The position numbers and the translations under genes are program-made. Shown in pieces: positions 29,058 through 39,218 of a stretch of 64,000 nucleotides of DNA. This stretch comes from a virus. Its lineage: Duplodnaviria > Caudoviricetes. The notes beneath the pieces are model-generated. The model worked only from the letters and a program-made list of their open reading frames with translations. It had not been told where the DNA came from and did not search any database. Position 1 is the stretch's first letter. Each line of letters starts with the position of its first letter. The stretch covers positions 1 through 64,000 of IMG/VR virus record IMGVR_UViG_3300035502_000485, one strand, 5' to 3'.

Positions 29058-30175
29058 AATGTGTGCTGTAGTAAAACCTGCTTAATTCGGTGGAATCTCT
29101 ACATCATTTTAATCTAGGTTTAGATGTAGAGGCTATACCGAGCAAGATAAATTCATTTAACTTGTCCACAATAACCTTGTATATGCTATGAGGTGATTGT
29201 CAATGTTAATATATAAAATAACTAATAATATGAACGACAAGTGTTATATAGGTCAAACCATAAAAACTATAGAAGATCGAATATCTAATCATAAACAATC
29301 TGCTAAACGTGGAGAAAATACTAAATTTTATAATGCAATTAGAAAATATGGTTGGGATAATTTTTCTATAGAAGTAATTGCTACTACAGATACACAAGAA
29401 ACTTTAGATGAGTTAGAAACTTATTTTATCAAGAAATATGATTCTGTAAATAATGGATATAATATGTCATATGGTGGTGAAATAAATCCTATGAATTCAC
29501 CTGAAGTTGTAGAAAAACATAAAAAGCGGATGCAATCACCTGAAGTAAGAGCTAAAATTTCAGCTTCAATGAAAGCCAGGATTGCTGCTCAAGGTGGAAT
29601 TTCTGATGAGCATCGAAAACATGTATCTGAGGGGCTTAAAAAATTTTATGCTGATGGTAAAAAACCTAATTATAAAGAACCTCAACATCTATCACCAGAA
29701 CATTTCAAAGCATTAAATGATGCAAAAAATAAAGCTGTTAAATGTATTGATATGGACGGTATTTTAGTTGCGGAATTCAAACGTGTAAAAGATGCAGCTA
29801 ATTGGTGGTATCAAAATGGTTATAATAATATTAAAAGTAGTGATCAACTGAATGACAGAATTAAAGAATCAGCTACCCAAGATAAATATATACGAGGTTT
29901 GAAATGGATTTATTGTGTGTAGAGACTATCCAAAGCTAAAAATCTACATTCATAGAAATATGTAAATGATCTATAGGTCAGGTAGATTGAGATAATCAAG
30001 CAAGTAGAGTAGAGCTCAAGCGAGTTAGTATTTAGGTGAGATTAGCCTATTGTAAACCTATTAAATCGAAACAGCAGGTGCATATGTATTGTGGTGATAG
30101 CAATACAAATGTAAAGATTTAGTCCGACACTCTTAGCGATAAGAGAAATGTTTAGCGAACATATAACTAAAACAG
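29056..30175 (+). mobile_element. Group I intron in polA motif A
   Basis: P1: exon actacagt pairs with gctgtagt (29065-29072) with U-G at the splice site; R element AGAGACTA (29921); S element AAGATTTAGTCC (30114); terminal G 30175; splicing restores DYS|AQEPR. Confidence 0.92.
29197..29922 (+). CDS. Intron-encoded GIY-YIG homing endonuclease
   Basis: LIYKITN...CYIGQT...R...H...AIRKYG...E..FI...GYN; NUMOD3-like repeats; late motif at 29173; start may be ATG 29203. Confidence 0.92.
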   Translation: MSMLIYKITNNMNDKCYIGQTIKTIEDRISNHKQSAKRGENTKFYNAIRKYGWDNFSIEVIATTDTQETLDELETYFIKKYDSVNNGYNMSYGGEINPMNSPEVVEKHKKRMQSPEVRAKISASMKARIAAQGGISDEHRKHVSEGLKKFYADGKKPNYKEPQHLSPEHFKALNDAKNKAVKCIDMDGILVAEFKRVKDAANWWYQNGYNNIKSSDQLNDRIKESATQDKYIRGLKWIYCV

Positions 30176-31393
30176 GCTCAAGAACCTAGAATTACAGCAT
30201 TTGTTAGTCAAGATACGAAAATGATACAATCGTTTAAAGATGGTAAAGATATATATGGATCTATCGCAAGTATTGCTTTTAATGTTCCTTATGAAGAATG
30301 TTTAGAGTTTCATCCAGAAACTCATGAATATCAGCCAGAAGGTAAAGCCCGACGAGGAGAGGCTAAGACAATTGTATTAGGCATATGTTATGGGCGTTCA
30401 GTTCAAACTATTGCTGATCAATTGTATGGAAAAGACGATACATTATCTGATGATGAAAAAATTGCTAAAGCTCAAAATGTATTTGATTCAGTACTTTTAG
30501 CATTTCCAGGTTTACGAGCTTTAATGAATAATGCACAAAATTGTGCAAAACAAAAAGGTTATGTTGAAACAATTTTAGGTAGAAGGCGTCATATCCCTGA
30601 AATGCAACTTCCTAAATTTGAATTTGTACCAGAACCTGGTTATATTAATCCTGATGTTGATCCATTGGATCCTTCTACACTTGCTAATAAGAATGGTATT
30701 CCTGATAGAATAATTCGTAAGTTAACAACTGAATTTGAATCATATAAGTATTATGGTCAGATATACAAGCGAATGAAAGAACTTAAGGAAGATCATATCA
30801 AAGTAATCAATAATTCTCAGACAATTACAGATGCTTCTAGAAAATGTGTAAATTCAATTATACAAGGTAGCGCAGCTGAGCAAACTAAAATGGCTATGCT
30901 TCTTATTGAAAACAATGAAGAATGGAAGCGTATTGGAGGACGGTTGCTAATACCAGTACATGATGAATTAATTGCTGAAGTACCTATTGAAAATTACGAA
31001 GAGGGTGCAGAGTTACTTAGTAGTATGATGTGTGAAGCAGCAAACTTTTTGCCATTTGAAAGTAAGTGCGATGTTGAAATAACTTATCGCTGGTATGGTT
31101 TATCATTTCCTTGCCCATATCCACAACCATCAGAATTTAATGATGATCTGAGTAGAGATGAAATCAAATGGATTCAATATCATTTGTTTGAATCTGGATA
31201 TGAATTACCTAAAATTAAAGCACACGAAGACGATGAATTACGTGGTGACGAAGCATTAGGTATCAGTGGGTTTGTAAGCGATGAATATCATACTGCAATA
31301 GATGATTATCTAAATCGTTATAGTATAACAAAAGAACAGTTTATCAATCATATACATACAAAGGTACATACAGGTGTAATTCCTACAATGTAA
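30176..31393 (+). CDS. polA: Polymerase C-terminal part, exon 2 (fingers/palm)
   Basis: AQEPRITA; motif B RGEAKTIVLGICYG; GYVETILGRRR; NSIIQGSAA; motif C VHDEL. Confidence 0.93.
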   Translation, partial: AQEPRITAFVSQDTKMIQSFKDGKDIYGSIASIAFNVPYEECLEFHPETHEYQPEGKARRGEAKTIVLGICYGRSVQTIADQLYGKDDTLSDDEKIAKAQNVFDSVLLAFPGLRALMNNAQNCAKQKGYVETILGRRRHIPEMQLPKFEFVPEPGYINPDVDPLDPSTLANKNGIPDRIIRKLTTEFESYKYYGQIYKRMKELKEDHIKVINNSQTITDASRKCVNSIIQGSAAEQTKMAMLLIENNEEWKRIGGRLLIPVHDELIAEVPIENYEEGAELLSSMMCEAANFLPFESKCDVEITYRWYGLSFPCPYPQPSEFNDDLSRDEIKWIQYHLFESGYELPKIKAHEDDELRGDEALGISGFVSDEYHTAIDDYLNRYSITKEQFINHIHTKVHTGVIPTM

Positions 31394-31428
31394 TATGATT
31401 AAATTTAATTAATTAAGGAGAGATCAAT

Positions 31429-32544
31429 TTGAAATTTACTGTTAGTACTAAACCATTAGTAGATAGTTTAGATTTAGGTATTGTAAATGCCAATGTATCT
31501 AAATTCTATCAAAGAAGTACTGTAGCTCAAATTACAGCTACAAAAACTGATTTAAAAATTAACTTAGAAGCTGCATCAATTGTTTCTGAAATCCATTTGA
31601 AAGGTTCAGGTGATTCAGACACTAAATCAGTTGTATTTGTAGATAGCTTATTGTTTAAACAGCTTGTATCTACATTTGAAACTTCAACTACTGAATTTGA
31701 ATTTACTGAAAATGGACTAATTTTACATTCAGGTAAATCAAAATTTACATTACCTAAGATGATTGATGATGACGATGTAGAATTAGATGCACCAAGCTTA
31801 GCTGATTATAATGTTCAAAAAATTTCAATTGATAAATCAGATTGGAAGTTTATTAAAGATTACCAGATGTATGCTATTGCAATGTCATTTATTCATCCTG
31901 TATATACTCGAGTTTGGGTAGGTGAAGATGGACAAGTACTTGTAGGTGATTTTGATAACAGCTTATTTACATATTCTAAGAAAAATAATCTTAATAGAAC
32001 TTGCTTACTTGCTGATACAATTATCAATTTATTCAATGCTTTGCCAGAAGGTGCAGAAATTGCCCCACTTGATAAAAGTTATGTTGTAAATGTTAAAACT
32101 GATAGTTATGAATTCATTGCAGAATTCACACCTGAATACGAAGATGAAGATGATATTGGAAGTTACAATTCTGCTATTATTCTTAACCTCATGACTACAG
32201 ATGAAAATAATACATTGAAATTTGATATTTCACCAATCAAGAAAGCATTAGATCAATCATCATTGCTTTCTAGTAATTCAGAAGATAAAATTGAATTCTC
32301 TGTAATTGATAATCAAATTATTCTTAAAGATAATAATATTGAGTCTAAGGTAGATGTAAAGGGTAATGATTCAAGTTTCAATTATTCATTACAATTTAAA
32401 ACAGAATCGTTAAAATCTGTTGTATCTAAACTTCCATCTGATACCATTACACTTAGTCCAATGATTTCTGGTGAAGGTTCAGAAGTAGTAGGTGTTGTAA
32501 TTGAGAGTGACGGTCTAACTGTTGTATTAGCAGGTGTAGATTAA
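31429..32544 (+). CDS. dnaN: DNA polymerase III beta-like sliding clamp
   Basis: 371 aa, MKFTVSTKPL start, SGKSKFTLP, acidic three-domain clamp-like layout, next to clamp-loader genes. Confidence 0.75.
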   Translation: MKFTVSTKPLVDSLDLGIVNANVSKFYQRSTVAQITATKTDLKINLEAASIVSEIHLKGSGDSDTKSVVFVDSLLFKQLVSTFETSTTEFEFTENGLILHSGKSKFTLPKMIDDDDVELDAPSLADYNVQKISIDKSDWKFIKDYQMYAIAMSFIHPVYTRVWVGEDGQVLVGDFDNSLFTYSKKNNLNRTCLLADTIINLFNALPEGAEIAPLDKSYVVNVKTDSYEFIAEFTPEYEDEDDIGSYNSAIILNLMTTDENNTLKFDISPIKKALDQSSLLSSNSEDKIEFSVIDNQIILKDNNIESKVDVKGNDSSFNYSLQFKTESLKSVVSKLPSDTITLSPMISGEGSEVVGVVIESDGLTVVLAGVD

Positions 32545-33314
32545 TGGCATTCAGACAAGCTAATTTAGCAGCGTGTGTTAGATTCAATTCGGCTACAAGT
32601 TCTGAAATATTAGATATGTATGATGGGTTCGTTCGTGATTTAGTAGAATCAGAGAAGAGCGAACCCTCGTCTCAAACTATTGCACCTTCAAGTTTTAGAT
32701 GTGACCGAAAGAATTGGTTTAGACTTAGAGGCGTTCAACCTGATTTAATCAAAAATCCTGATATTGAATTAGAATTCAAAGCACAGTTAGGTACATCAAT
32801 ACATAGAATTATTCAAACTAACTTAAAAGAAGCTTTAGGTTCTGATTGGTTAGATATTGATGAATACTTAAGAGAACATCCAATTCCGTATGAATATACC
32901 ACAGAAAAATCTAATTTAGAAACTAAGATTGCAATTTTAGATCCACCTATACATTTTGCAGTAGATGGTTTAATTCGATGGAAAGATAAAACATATTTAT
33001 TAGAAATCAAAACTGCAGATTATAGTAGTTTTAGTAATCTAACAGACCCTAAACCTATACATTTAGATCAAATAAAATGTTATGCAACATTGTTAAATGT
33101 ACCTAATGTATTAGTATGGTATGTAGACAGGCAACATGGTAACAATAAATGTTATGAGATGACTATACCATTAACCGATACTACATCAGTTTTAGAAAAA
33201 ATACAATATATTCAACATATGGTAGAATGTAATCTTGCTCCTGAAAGATTAGATAAAAATGATTATATGTGTAATAATTGTGAATACAAGACAAAATGTA
33301 ATGATTGGGGTTAG
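32544..33314 (+). CDS. Cas4-like PD-(D/E)XK exonuclease
   Basis: PSSFRCDR, GTSIH, VDG...LEIKT, QIKCY, C-terminal CNNCEYKTKC Fe-S ligands. Confidence 0.85.
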   Translation: MAFRQANLAACVRFNSATSSEILDMYDGFVRDLVESEKSEPSSQTIAPSSFRCDRKNWFRLRGVQPDLIKNPDIELEFKAQLGTSIHRIIQTNLKEALGSDWLDIDEYLREHPIPYEYTTEKSNLETKIAILDPPIHFAVDGLIRWKDKTYLLEIKTADYSSFSNLTDPKPIHLDQIKCYATLLNVPNVLVWYVDRQHGNNKCYEMTIPLTDTTSVLEKIQYIQHMVECNLAPERLDKNDYMCNNCEYKTKCNDWG

Positions 33315-33330
33315 GAGGATAAATTGAATT

Positions 33331-34359
33331 ATGGCAACAACATTAGCTGTAAAATATAGACCTAAAACATTTTCAGATGTAACAGAACAATCATTGATTG
33401 TTCAAATGTTGGAAAATATGTGCAAGTCTGAATTAAGCACACGAAATTTTTTATTTATAGGCCCCGCAGGGACAGGTAAGACAACGACCGCCCGAATTAT
33501 GGCAAATGTGCTTAACAATAATAAAGGTGAACCTATTGAAATTGATGCTGCATCCAACAGTGGTGTAGAGTCTATGCGTGATATAATTCAACAAGCTCGA
33601 TCTTATCCAGTGGTAGGTAACTATAAAGTGTTTATCGTGGACGAGTGCCACTCTCTATCTTCTCAAGCTTGGCAAAGTTTATTAAAAACATTAGAAGAAT
33701 CTCCTGCTAAAAGTATATTCATGTTTTGTACTACAAATCCTGAAAAGATACCTGATACAATTTTATCTCGTGTATCTACATTTCAATTGTCAAAAATTAG
33801 TTTAGATGGGATATATAATAGACTTAAATATGTATTAGATTGTGAAATTTCAGAAGGAAGAAATATTACATATACAGAAGATGCTGTTAATTTTATTGCT
33901 AAACTTGCTAATGGTGGTATGAGAGATGCTTTGACATTACTCGATAAGGCGTTAGCTTACAGTAATGATATATCATCAGAAACATTATCAAAAGCTTTAA
34001 ATTTACCTAAATATGACGACTATTTTAGGTTATTACAGGCGATTGCTAAAAAAGATAATAAATCAATTGCAGAAACAGTACATATGGTTTATAATTCAGG
34101 TGTAAACTTTGTAAAATGGTTTGAAGAATTTCACTCATTCGTTATAAATATAGTAAAATATATATTGTTGCAAGATATAAATGCTACTATGATTCCGTCA
34201 CATTATGTTGATAAGATTTCCAAATATAGTTCTGCTCATTTAACTATCTGTCTAAAACTTGCAAATAAATTAGTCAAATTGAATCAAGAACTTAAAACTA
34301 CAAACTATCAACAAGAAATAGCTCTAACATATCTTTGTACAATACCTAAAAAATCATAA
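33331..34359 (+). CDS. dnaX: Clamp loader ATPase, DnaX gamma/tau-like
   Basis: LAVKYRPKTF, GPAGTGKTT, EIDAASN, IVDECH, LLKTLEE, TILSR, GGMRDAL. Confidence 0.95.
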   Translation: MATTLAVKYRPKTFSDVTEQSLIVQMLENMCKSELSTRNFLFIGPAGTGKTTTARIMANVLNNNKGEPIEIDAASNSGVESMRDIIQQARSYPVVGNYKVFIVDECHSLSSQAWQSLLKTLEESPAKSIFMFCTTNPEKIPDTILSRVSTFQLSKISLDGIYNRLKYVLDCEISEGRNITYTEDAVNFIAKLANGGMRDALTLLDKALAYSNDISSETLSKALNLPKYDDYFRLLQAIAKKDNKSIAETVHMVYNSGVNFVKWFEEFHSFVINIVKYILLQDINATMIPSHYVDKISKYSSAHLTICLKLANKLVKLNQELKTTNYQQEIALTYLCTIPKKS

Positions 34360-34375
34360 TGAGGTAGATAATCAT

Positions 34376-34960
34376 ATGAAAACTTTTGATTTAAAAGATA
34401 TTCAATCTAAAACTCAAGAAGATATAGATGCAATTCAAAATTGGTGTGACGAATTATATGATACTTTATTCAATGAATATTTTGAAGATACTCGCAATTT
34501 GTTTGAACGGTTGAAATCAAAATCCAGACCTATTACAGATGAAGAGTTATCAGATATTCTTACACTAACACCTCTTAATTTATTTACAGTGTCTGAAAAT
34601 CTAAATAGATTACGACTTAATCAAGAAGTTGTTAAATTAAGAAATAAACAATTAGCTTCAGAGATTGAAAATAATTTAACAGATCATAAATTAACTACAA
34701 AAGAGCGTCAAGAAATCATAGATAATACTATGATAGGAGATAAACTGTTATTAACTGCATATAATGTAGTTATAACACGCGTAGAAAATGAGATATCATT
34801 TTCTCGTGAGCTTATAATGAGTGCTAAAAAATTATGGGATGCACGTAAGAAAACTGAATGTGTAAATCCAGTAAGTCCTACTAATGCAGGAGAAGAGTTG
34901 CCTGAATATAAATCTGTAACTAATCGTGATTCTACAACTAAAACATATATAACAAGTTAA
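34376..34960 (+). CDS. Helical protein, possible UvsY-like recombination mediator
   Basis: Coiled-coil composition, directly upstream of recA. Confidence 0.4.
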   Translation: MKTFDLKDIQSKTQEDIDAIQNWCDELYDTLFNEYFEDTRNLFERLKSKSRPITDEELSDILTLTPLNLFTVSENLNRLRLNQEVVKLRNKQLASEIENNLTDHKLTTKERQEIIDNTMIGDKLLLTAYNVVITRVENEISFSRELIMSAKKLWDARKKTECVNPVSPTNAGEELPEYKSVTNRDSTTKTYITS

Positions 34961-34990
34961 ATCATATTTGATATAGGAGATGAATAGCAT

Positions 34991-36166
34991 ATGGCAGGAA
35001 GCTATGCTGATATTATTAAACAAAAGAAGAAAGCTTGGAATTGTGAGTCTCTTATGGACGGTGCTCATGCAGCTCGAGGTCAAAAGATTCCATTTTCATC
35101 ACCACTTATGAATTGGTGTACATATGGGGGTATTCCAAGAAATAAAGTCACAGAGTTTTTTGGATTACCAGGTGGTGGTAAAACTACCACCTCTGTTGAT
35201 ATCTGTAAAAATGCAATAGATATTTTTCAACAAGAATATCAAGATAAGGTTGCATTATTACGTGATAAGATTGCTAACGGTGATAAAGCAGCTAATTCAG
35301 AATTAGCAGATGTAGAAGACTTAGGCCCAAAAAAGGTATTGTATATTGATTTAGAACATTCCTTTGATGGAGCTTGGTCTAAGACTCTTGGAATTGATGA
35401 ATCTTCTATTGATGTGATGCAACCACCTGATGTTGTTGCAGAAGATATATTACAGATGGTACAAGAAATTGTTGAAACTGGGGAAGTAGGATTGATTGTA
35501 TTGGATTCTATTCCATCACTTATTCCTAGAGCCGAACTCGAAAAGAAATATGGCGAAAGAACAGTTGCAGCACTTGCTGGATTACTTTCAGTATTTTTCC
35601 GAAAAATTGTACCAATGCTAACTAGATATGAGGTAACATTGCTCTATATAAATCAAGTAAGAGATAATATGGATAACCCATATGTTGTAAATACCCCAGG
35701 AGGACAGTCACCTAAATTTTATGCATCGTTAAGAATCAATTTCAGAATTGGGGCACCAGTGGATTTCTTAGGTAATGAACAGCCTGTAAGAACTGAAAAT
35801 CCTGCTGGATATTTGATTAATGCACAAATTGTAAAGCAGAAAAGTGCACCATGGGATAGGAAACAAGGTACATACTATCTTATGTGCGATTCTGGAATAC
35901 GACCCGACTTTGATTATGCTAAACTAGCAATCAATAAGTATGGAATCATAAAGAAAGGTGGAGCATGGTTCACAATATGTGATCCGTATACAGGTGAAGT
36001 TTTAGAATGCGATGACCCTAATATCAAAGATGGTAAGAAACCGCTTAAAGTGAATGGATTAGGTAAAGTATATGATTTTTTGAATGATAATCCTGATTAT
36101 TTCAATAAACTTAAAAATTACATTCTTGATGACATAAACGGTGTAAGCATAGAAGGGAACATCTAA
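34991..36166 (+). CDS. recA: RecA-like recombinase
   Basis: GGIPR, GLPGGGKTT, YIDLEH, IVLDS, INQVR, TPGG...KFYAS, KGGAWF. Confidence 0.95.
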   Translation: MAGSYADIIKQKKKAWNCESLMDGAHAARGQKIPFSSPLMNWCTYGGIPRNKVTEFFGLPGGGKTTTSVDICKNAIDIFQQEYQDKVALLRDKIANGDKAANSELADVEDLGPKKVLYIDLEHSFDGAWSKTLGIDESSIDVMQPPDVVAEDILQMVQEIVETGEVGLIVLDSIPSLIPRAELEKKYGERTVAALAGLLSVFFRKIVPMLTRYEVTLLYINQVRDNMDNPYVVNTPGGQSPKFYASLRINFRIGAPVDFLGNEQPVRTENPAGYLINAQIVKQKSAPWDRKQGTYYLMCDSGIRPDFDYAKLAINKYGIIKKGGAWFTICDPYTGEVLECDDPNIKDGKKPLKVNGLGKVYDFLNDNPDYFNKLKNYILDDINGVSIEGNI

Positions 36167-36657
36167 TGAAAAATGATGCAACTAAGCATTTCAGCAACAT
36201 TCAAGAAAATATGATTGCAGATTACTTAAATTGGGATGTTGTAGTTGGCAGCGGTGCTAGAAACTTTCATCCTGGTGATATAATTTCGGATAGGTATTTA
36301 GGTGAATGTAAAACTCATGTTGAAAGAACAGCTAAAATTTACTTTAATCATAGTGTTTGGTTAAAGATTAAGTCTGAGGCAATGTCAAAATTTAAAGTTC
36401 CTGTAGTATTCACAGACAATGGTACACAAAACTTACGTCATACTTGGTGTATAATATCTGCTAGAGATTGTGATTGTTTAAATGAATTAAATACATTCAA
36501 AATAAAATCAAAACATATAAATGTAAATGAATCTGAACTATTCGAAAAGTTAGCGTCAAATTTAGAAAATTGTTGTTTATCATTTACATGGAATGATGAA
36601 GATATTTATTTGATGCACATATTTGCATTTAAACATATGATTGAAAACGTGGGGTAA
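36166..36657 (+). CDS. PD-(D/E)XK nuclease, probable Holliday junction resolvase
   Basis: QE..IA...GSGA...GD...ECKT. Confidence 0.7.
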   Translation: MKNDATKHFSNIQENMIADYLNWDVVVGSGARNFHPGDIISDRYLGECKTHVERTAKIYFNHSVWLKIKSEAMSKFKVPVVFTDNGTQNLRHTWCIISARDCDCLNELNTFKIKSKHINVNESELFEKLASNLENCCLSFTWNDEDIYLMHIFAFKHMIENVG

Positions 36658-36663
36658 TCAATA

Positions 36664-37581
36664 ATGTTAAGTATTCAAGAAGCAGGTCAACAAATATTAA
36701 GAGGTAATCCTGGTAAGTTTTATATATTTGTTGGTCAAGAATTTGGTATAAAGACAAAATATCTTGAATCATTGGTTAATCATTACAATGGTGAATATGT
36801 TGAAATAGAGAGTGTAAATGATGTATTAAGTATGATGAGAACTAAACACTTAATACCTTTAACTCCTAAATTATATATTGCCAGGTATGATGAAGATTTT
36901 ATTCAATCTATATCAGATTCTACATTCAAAAATATCGAGTCTACTAAAATCATTGGAACTATTGTTTGTATATATGAATCACCTAAACATTCATCAAAAT
37001 GCAGTAAGCATCTATCTAATTATACAGTTTCGTTTGATGCAGTAAACACTAAGTTCATAAAGAAATACTTGATATCTGATTTTCCAAATTTAGATGTGAA
37101 ATTGATTGATTTTGCAATAAATCATAGACCTGATTATAAGGGTGCTTGGAATATATGTAATTCTTTAGCTTATGCAGATATTTCTAAATCATCATATGAT
37201 GATAAAACATTATCAAAAACATTTGGATGTATTGATTCTACTACAGAGAACCAATTTAGAATAGGAATTGCATCTAGAAATTTTGCATATTCATTATCTA
37301 TTTTAGAATCATATTCTGATAATATTGATCAAATATTTTATGCTATATTAAATACTATGTTAGAATTAGAAAAACTTATGGATAATAAGTATGCACAATC
37401 TGATATTAAAGAATATGTATCAAATTGGACAAAACCTGATATATACAATATGTTCATGAATACTTATGAAGAATTGAAGAAAGTTCGTTCTCATTCATCT
37501 TATAAAGTTGAAAATAGTATAATATATTTATTAGGTTTGTTGCAGTTCAAATATATACCATCTGTGGAGGTTATGCTATGA
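36664..37581 (+). CDS. Clamp loader delta-like subunit
   Basis: FYIFVGQEFGIKTKYL resembles HolA N-terminus; adjacent to delta-prime-like gene. Confidence 0.6.
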   Translation: MLSIQEAGQQILRGNPGKFYIFVGQEFGIKTKYLESLVNHYNGEYVEIESVNDVLSMMRTKHLIPLTPKLYIARYDEDFIQSISDSTFKNIESTKIIGTIVCIYESPKHSSKCSKHLSNYTVSFDAVNTKFIKKYLISDFPNLDVKLIDFAINHRPDYKGAWNICNSLAYADISKSSYDDKTLSKTFGCIDSTTENQFRIGIASRNFAYSLSILESYSDNIDQIFYAILNTMLELEKLMDNKYAQSDIKEYVSNWTKPDIYNMFMNTYEELKKVRSHSSYKVENSIIYLLGLLQFKYIPSVEVML

Positions 37582-38375
37582 TTCTTACAAGTCAAGCGGA
37601 GAGTTTACAACAATTAAATAATCTTGCTTCTAATGATAAACATAGTATAATGATTGAGGGTATTACAGGAAGTGGAAAAACATATTTAGCAAAGCAATAT
37701 AGCAAGATGTTAAATATTGATGATTTCCAGATAATTGAACCTAAAGTTCAGACAATCAAGGATGCTATAAATAATTGTTACCAAACAGGAACATCTATAG
37801 TACTATGTATTGAAAATTTAGATTTAGGATTGCCTGTAGCTTCATATTCTATACTTAAATTTCTAGAAGAGCCATTATCTTCTGTATATATTGTAGTAAC
37901 TTGTAGAAATATAAAACAAGTTCCTGATACAATCATAAGCAGAAGTGCAGTTGTTTCAGTTGCACCTCCTACTGCAATAGATCTAATTTCTTATGCAGAT
38001 AGTATTGATTCCAATAAATACAAATATATGGCTCAATATACCATATTTCAATGTGCCAGAACTTTAAATGATATTCATATGATATTAGATATGAATAAAT
38101 CTCAAATTGATTATTATCATAAATTAAACGATATATTTGATTCAAAAGATAGTATATCTAATTTATGTTGGAAACTTCAAAAATATGAAGATGACACACC
38201 TACACCTGTTGATTTAGTGATAAGATACATCATGGAGTCTTCTAAAACATATTCAAATAATCCTAGATATATTTGGAATATTGGCCATGAATGTCTTAAA
38301 GAATTAGCTCGAGGTCGAATATCAACAAATGCTATACTAGCAAAATTATTATTTGAAATAAAATATGGTGGTTAA
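37578..38375 (+). CDS. holB: Clamp loader delta-prime-like subunit
   Basis: GITGSGKT, ILKFLEEP, VPDTIISR. Confidence 0.75.
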   Translation: MILTSQAESLQQLNNLASNDKHSIMIEGITGSGKTYLAKQYSKMLNIDDFQIIEPKVQTIKDAINNCYQTGTSIVLCIENLDLGLPVASYSILKFLEEPLSSVYIVVTCRNIKQVPDTIISRSAVVSVAPPTAIDLISYADSIDSNKYKYMAQYTIFQCARTLNDIHMILDMNKSQIDYYHKLNDIFDSKDSISNLCWKLQKYEDDTPTPVDLVIRYIMESSKTYSNNPRYIWNIGHECLKELARGRISTNAILAKLLFEIKYGG

Positions 38376-38421
38376 ATATAATCAATATAAATCGTTATAT
38401 TATATATAGGAGGAAATCAAC

Positions 38422-38688
38422 ATGTTAGACAACAATACAGTAGCTGATAGATTAGCTGATGCATTAGAATTATTATCTGCACAAAAAGAAGATACTAATA
38501 TTAATGACCAATATACAGTGGGTTTATATAATGGTATGGAATTAATTATTGCAACTATTGAGGGTAGAGAACCACACTACTATGGTGAACTTGTCAATAA
38601 TGTTGAACCTGATATTGCAGAAGTAGAAACTACTTCTGTGGATACTAAGTATATCAACAATGCTCAAGGAGGAATTATAAATGAGTAA
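38422..38688 (+). CDS. Hypothetical protein
   Basis: [14 protein letters not shown]...EGREP; AGGAGG RBS; middle motif at 38390. Confidence 0.7.
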   Translation: MLDNNTVADRLADALELLSAQKEDTNINDQYTVGLYNGMELIIATIEGREPHYYGELVNNVEPDIAEVETTSVDTKYINNAQGGIINE

Positions 38689-39184
38689 TCAAACTAATCC
38701 AGAACGAGATTTAGAGGGTGTAACATTACTAGGTAATCAAAACACTAAGTATCTTACAGAATATGATCCAACCGTTCTTGAAAAATTCAAAAATAAACAT
38801 ATTGGTAGCGATAATATCGTCAATCTTGATTGTTTTGAATTTTCAAGCTTATGTCCTAAAACAGGACAACCAGACCTAGCAACTATACATATTTCATATA
38901 TTCCTGATAAATATTTAGTAGAAAGTAAGTCACTCAAACTTTATCTATTTTCATTTCGTAATCATGGTGATTTTCACGAGGATTGTATTGAAACTATATG
39001 TCAAGATTTAGTTAAATTACTTCATCCAAAATATATAGAAGTTTATGGTGATTTCAATAGTCGAGGTGGTATTTCAATTCTCCCATTTTCAACATATGCT
39101 ATTGATGAATATAAAGATATTGAAAAATCAAGAAAATTAGCAGTAATGTCTGATAATATCAAACATAGACCTCGTACAAATTAA
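38681..39184 (+). CDS. queF: NADPH-dependent preQ0 reductase (type I)
   Basis: [13 protein letters not shown], QueF motif [18 protein letters not shown]. Confidence 0.95.
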   Translation: MSNQTNPERDLEGVTLLGNQNTKYLTEYDPTVLEKFKNKHIGSDNIVNLDCFEFSSLCPKTGQPDLATIHISYIPDKYLVESKSLKLYLFSFRNHGDFHEDCIETICQDLVKLLHPKYIEVYGDFNSRGGISILPFSTYAIDEYKDIEKSRKLAVMSDNIKHRPRTN

Positions 39185-39218
39185 TTTCATACAATTACTA
39201 TGTTATTTTATTGAAAGG

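Noticed and set aside
32544-33314. CRISPR-Cas system from the Cas4-like gene
   Set aside because: No cas1/cas2, effector genes or array; solo Cas4-like nucleases are common in phage recombination modules
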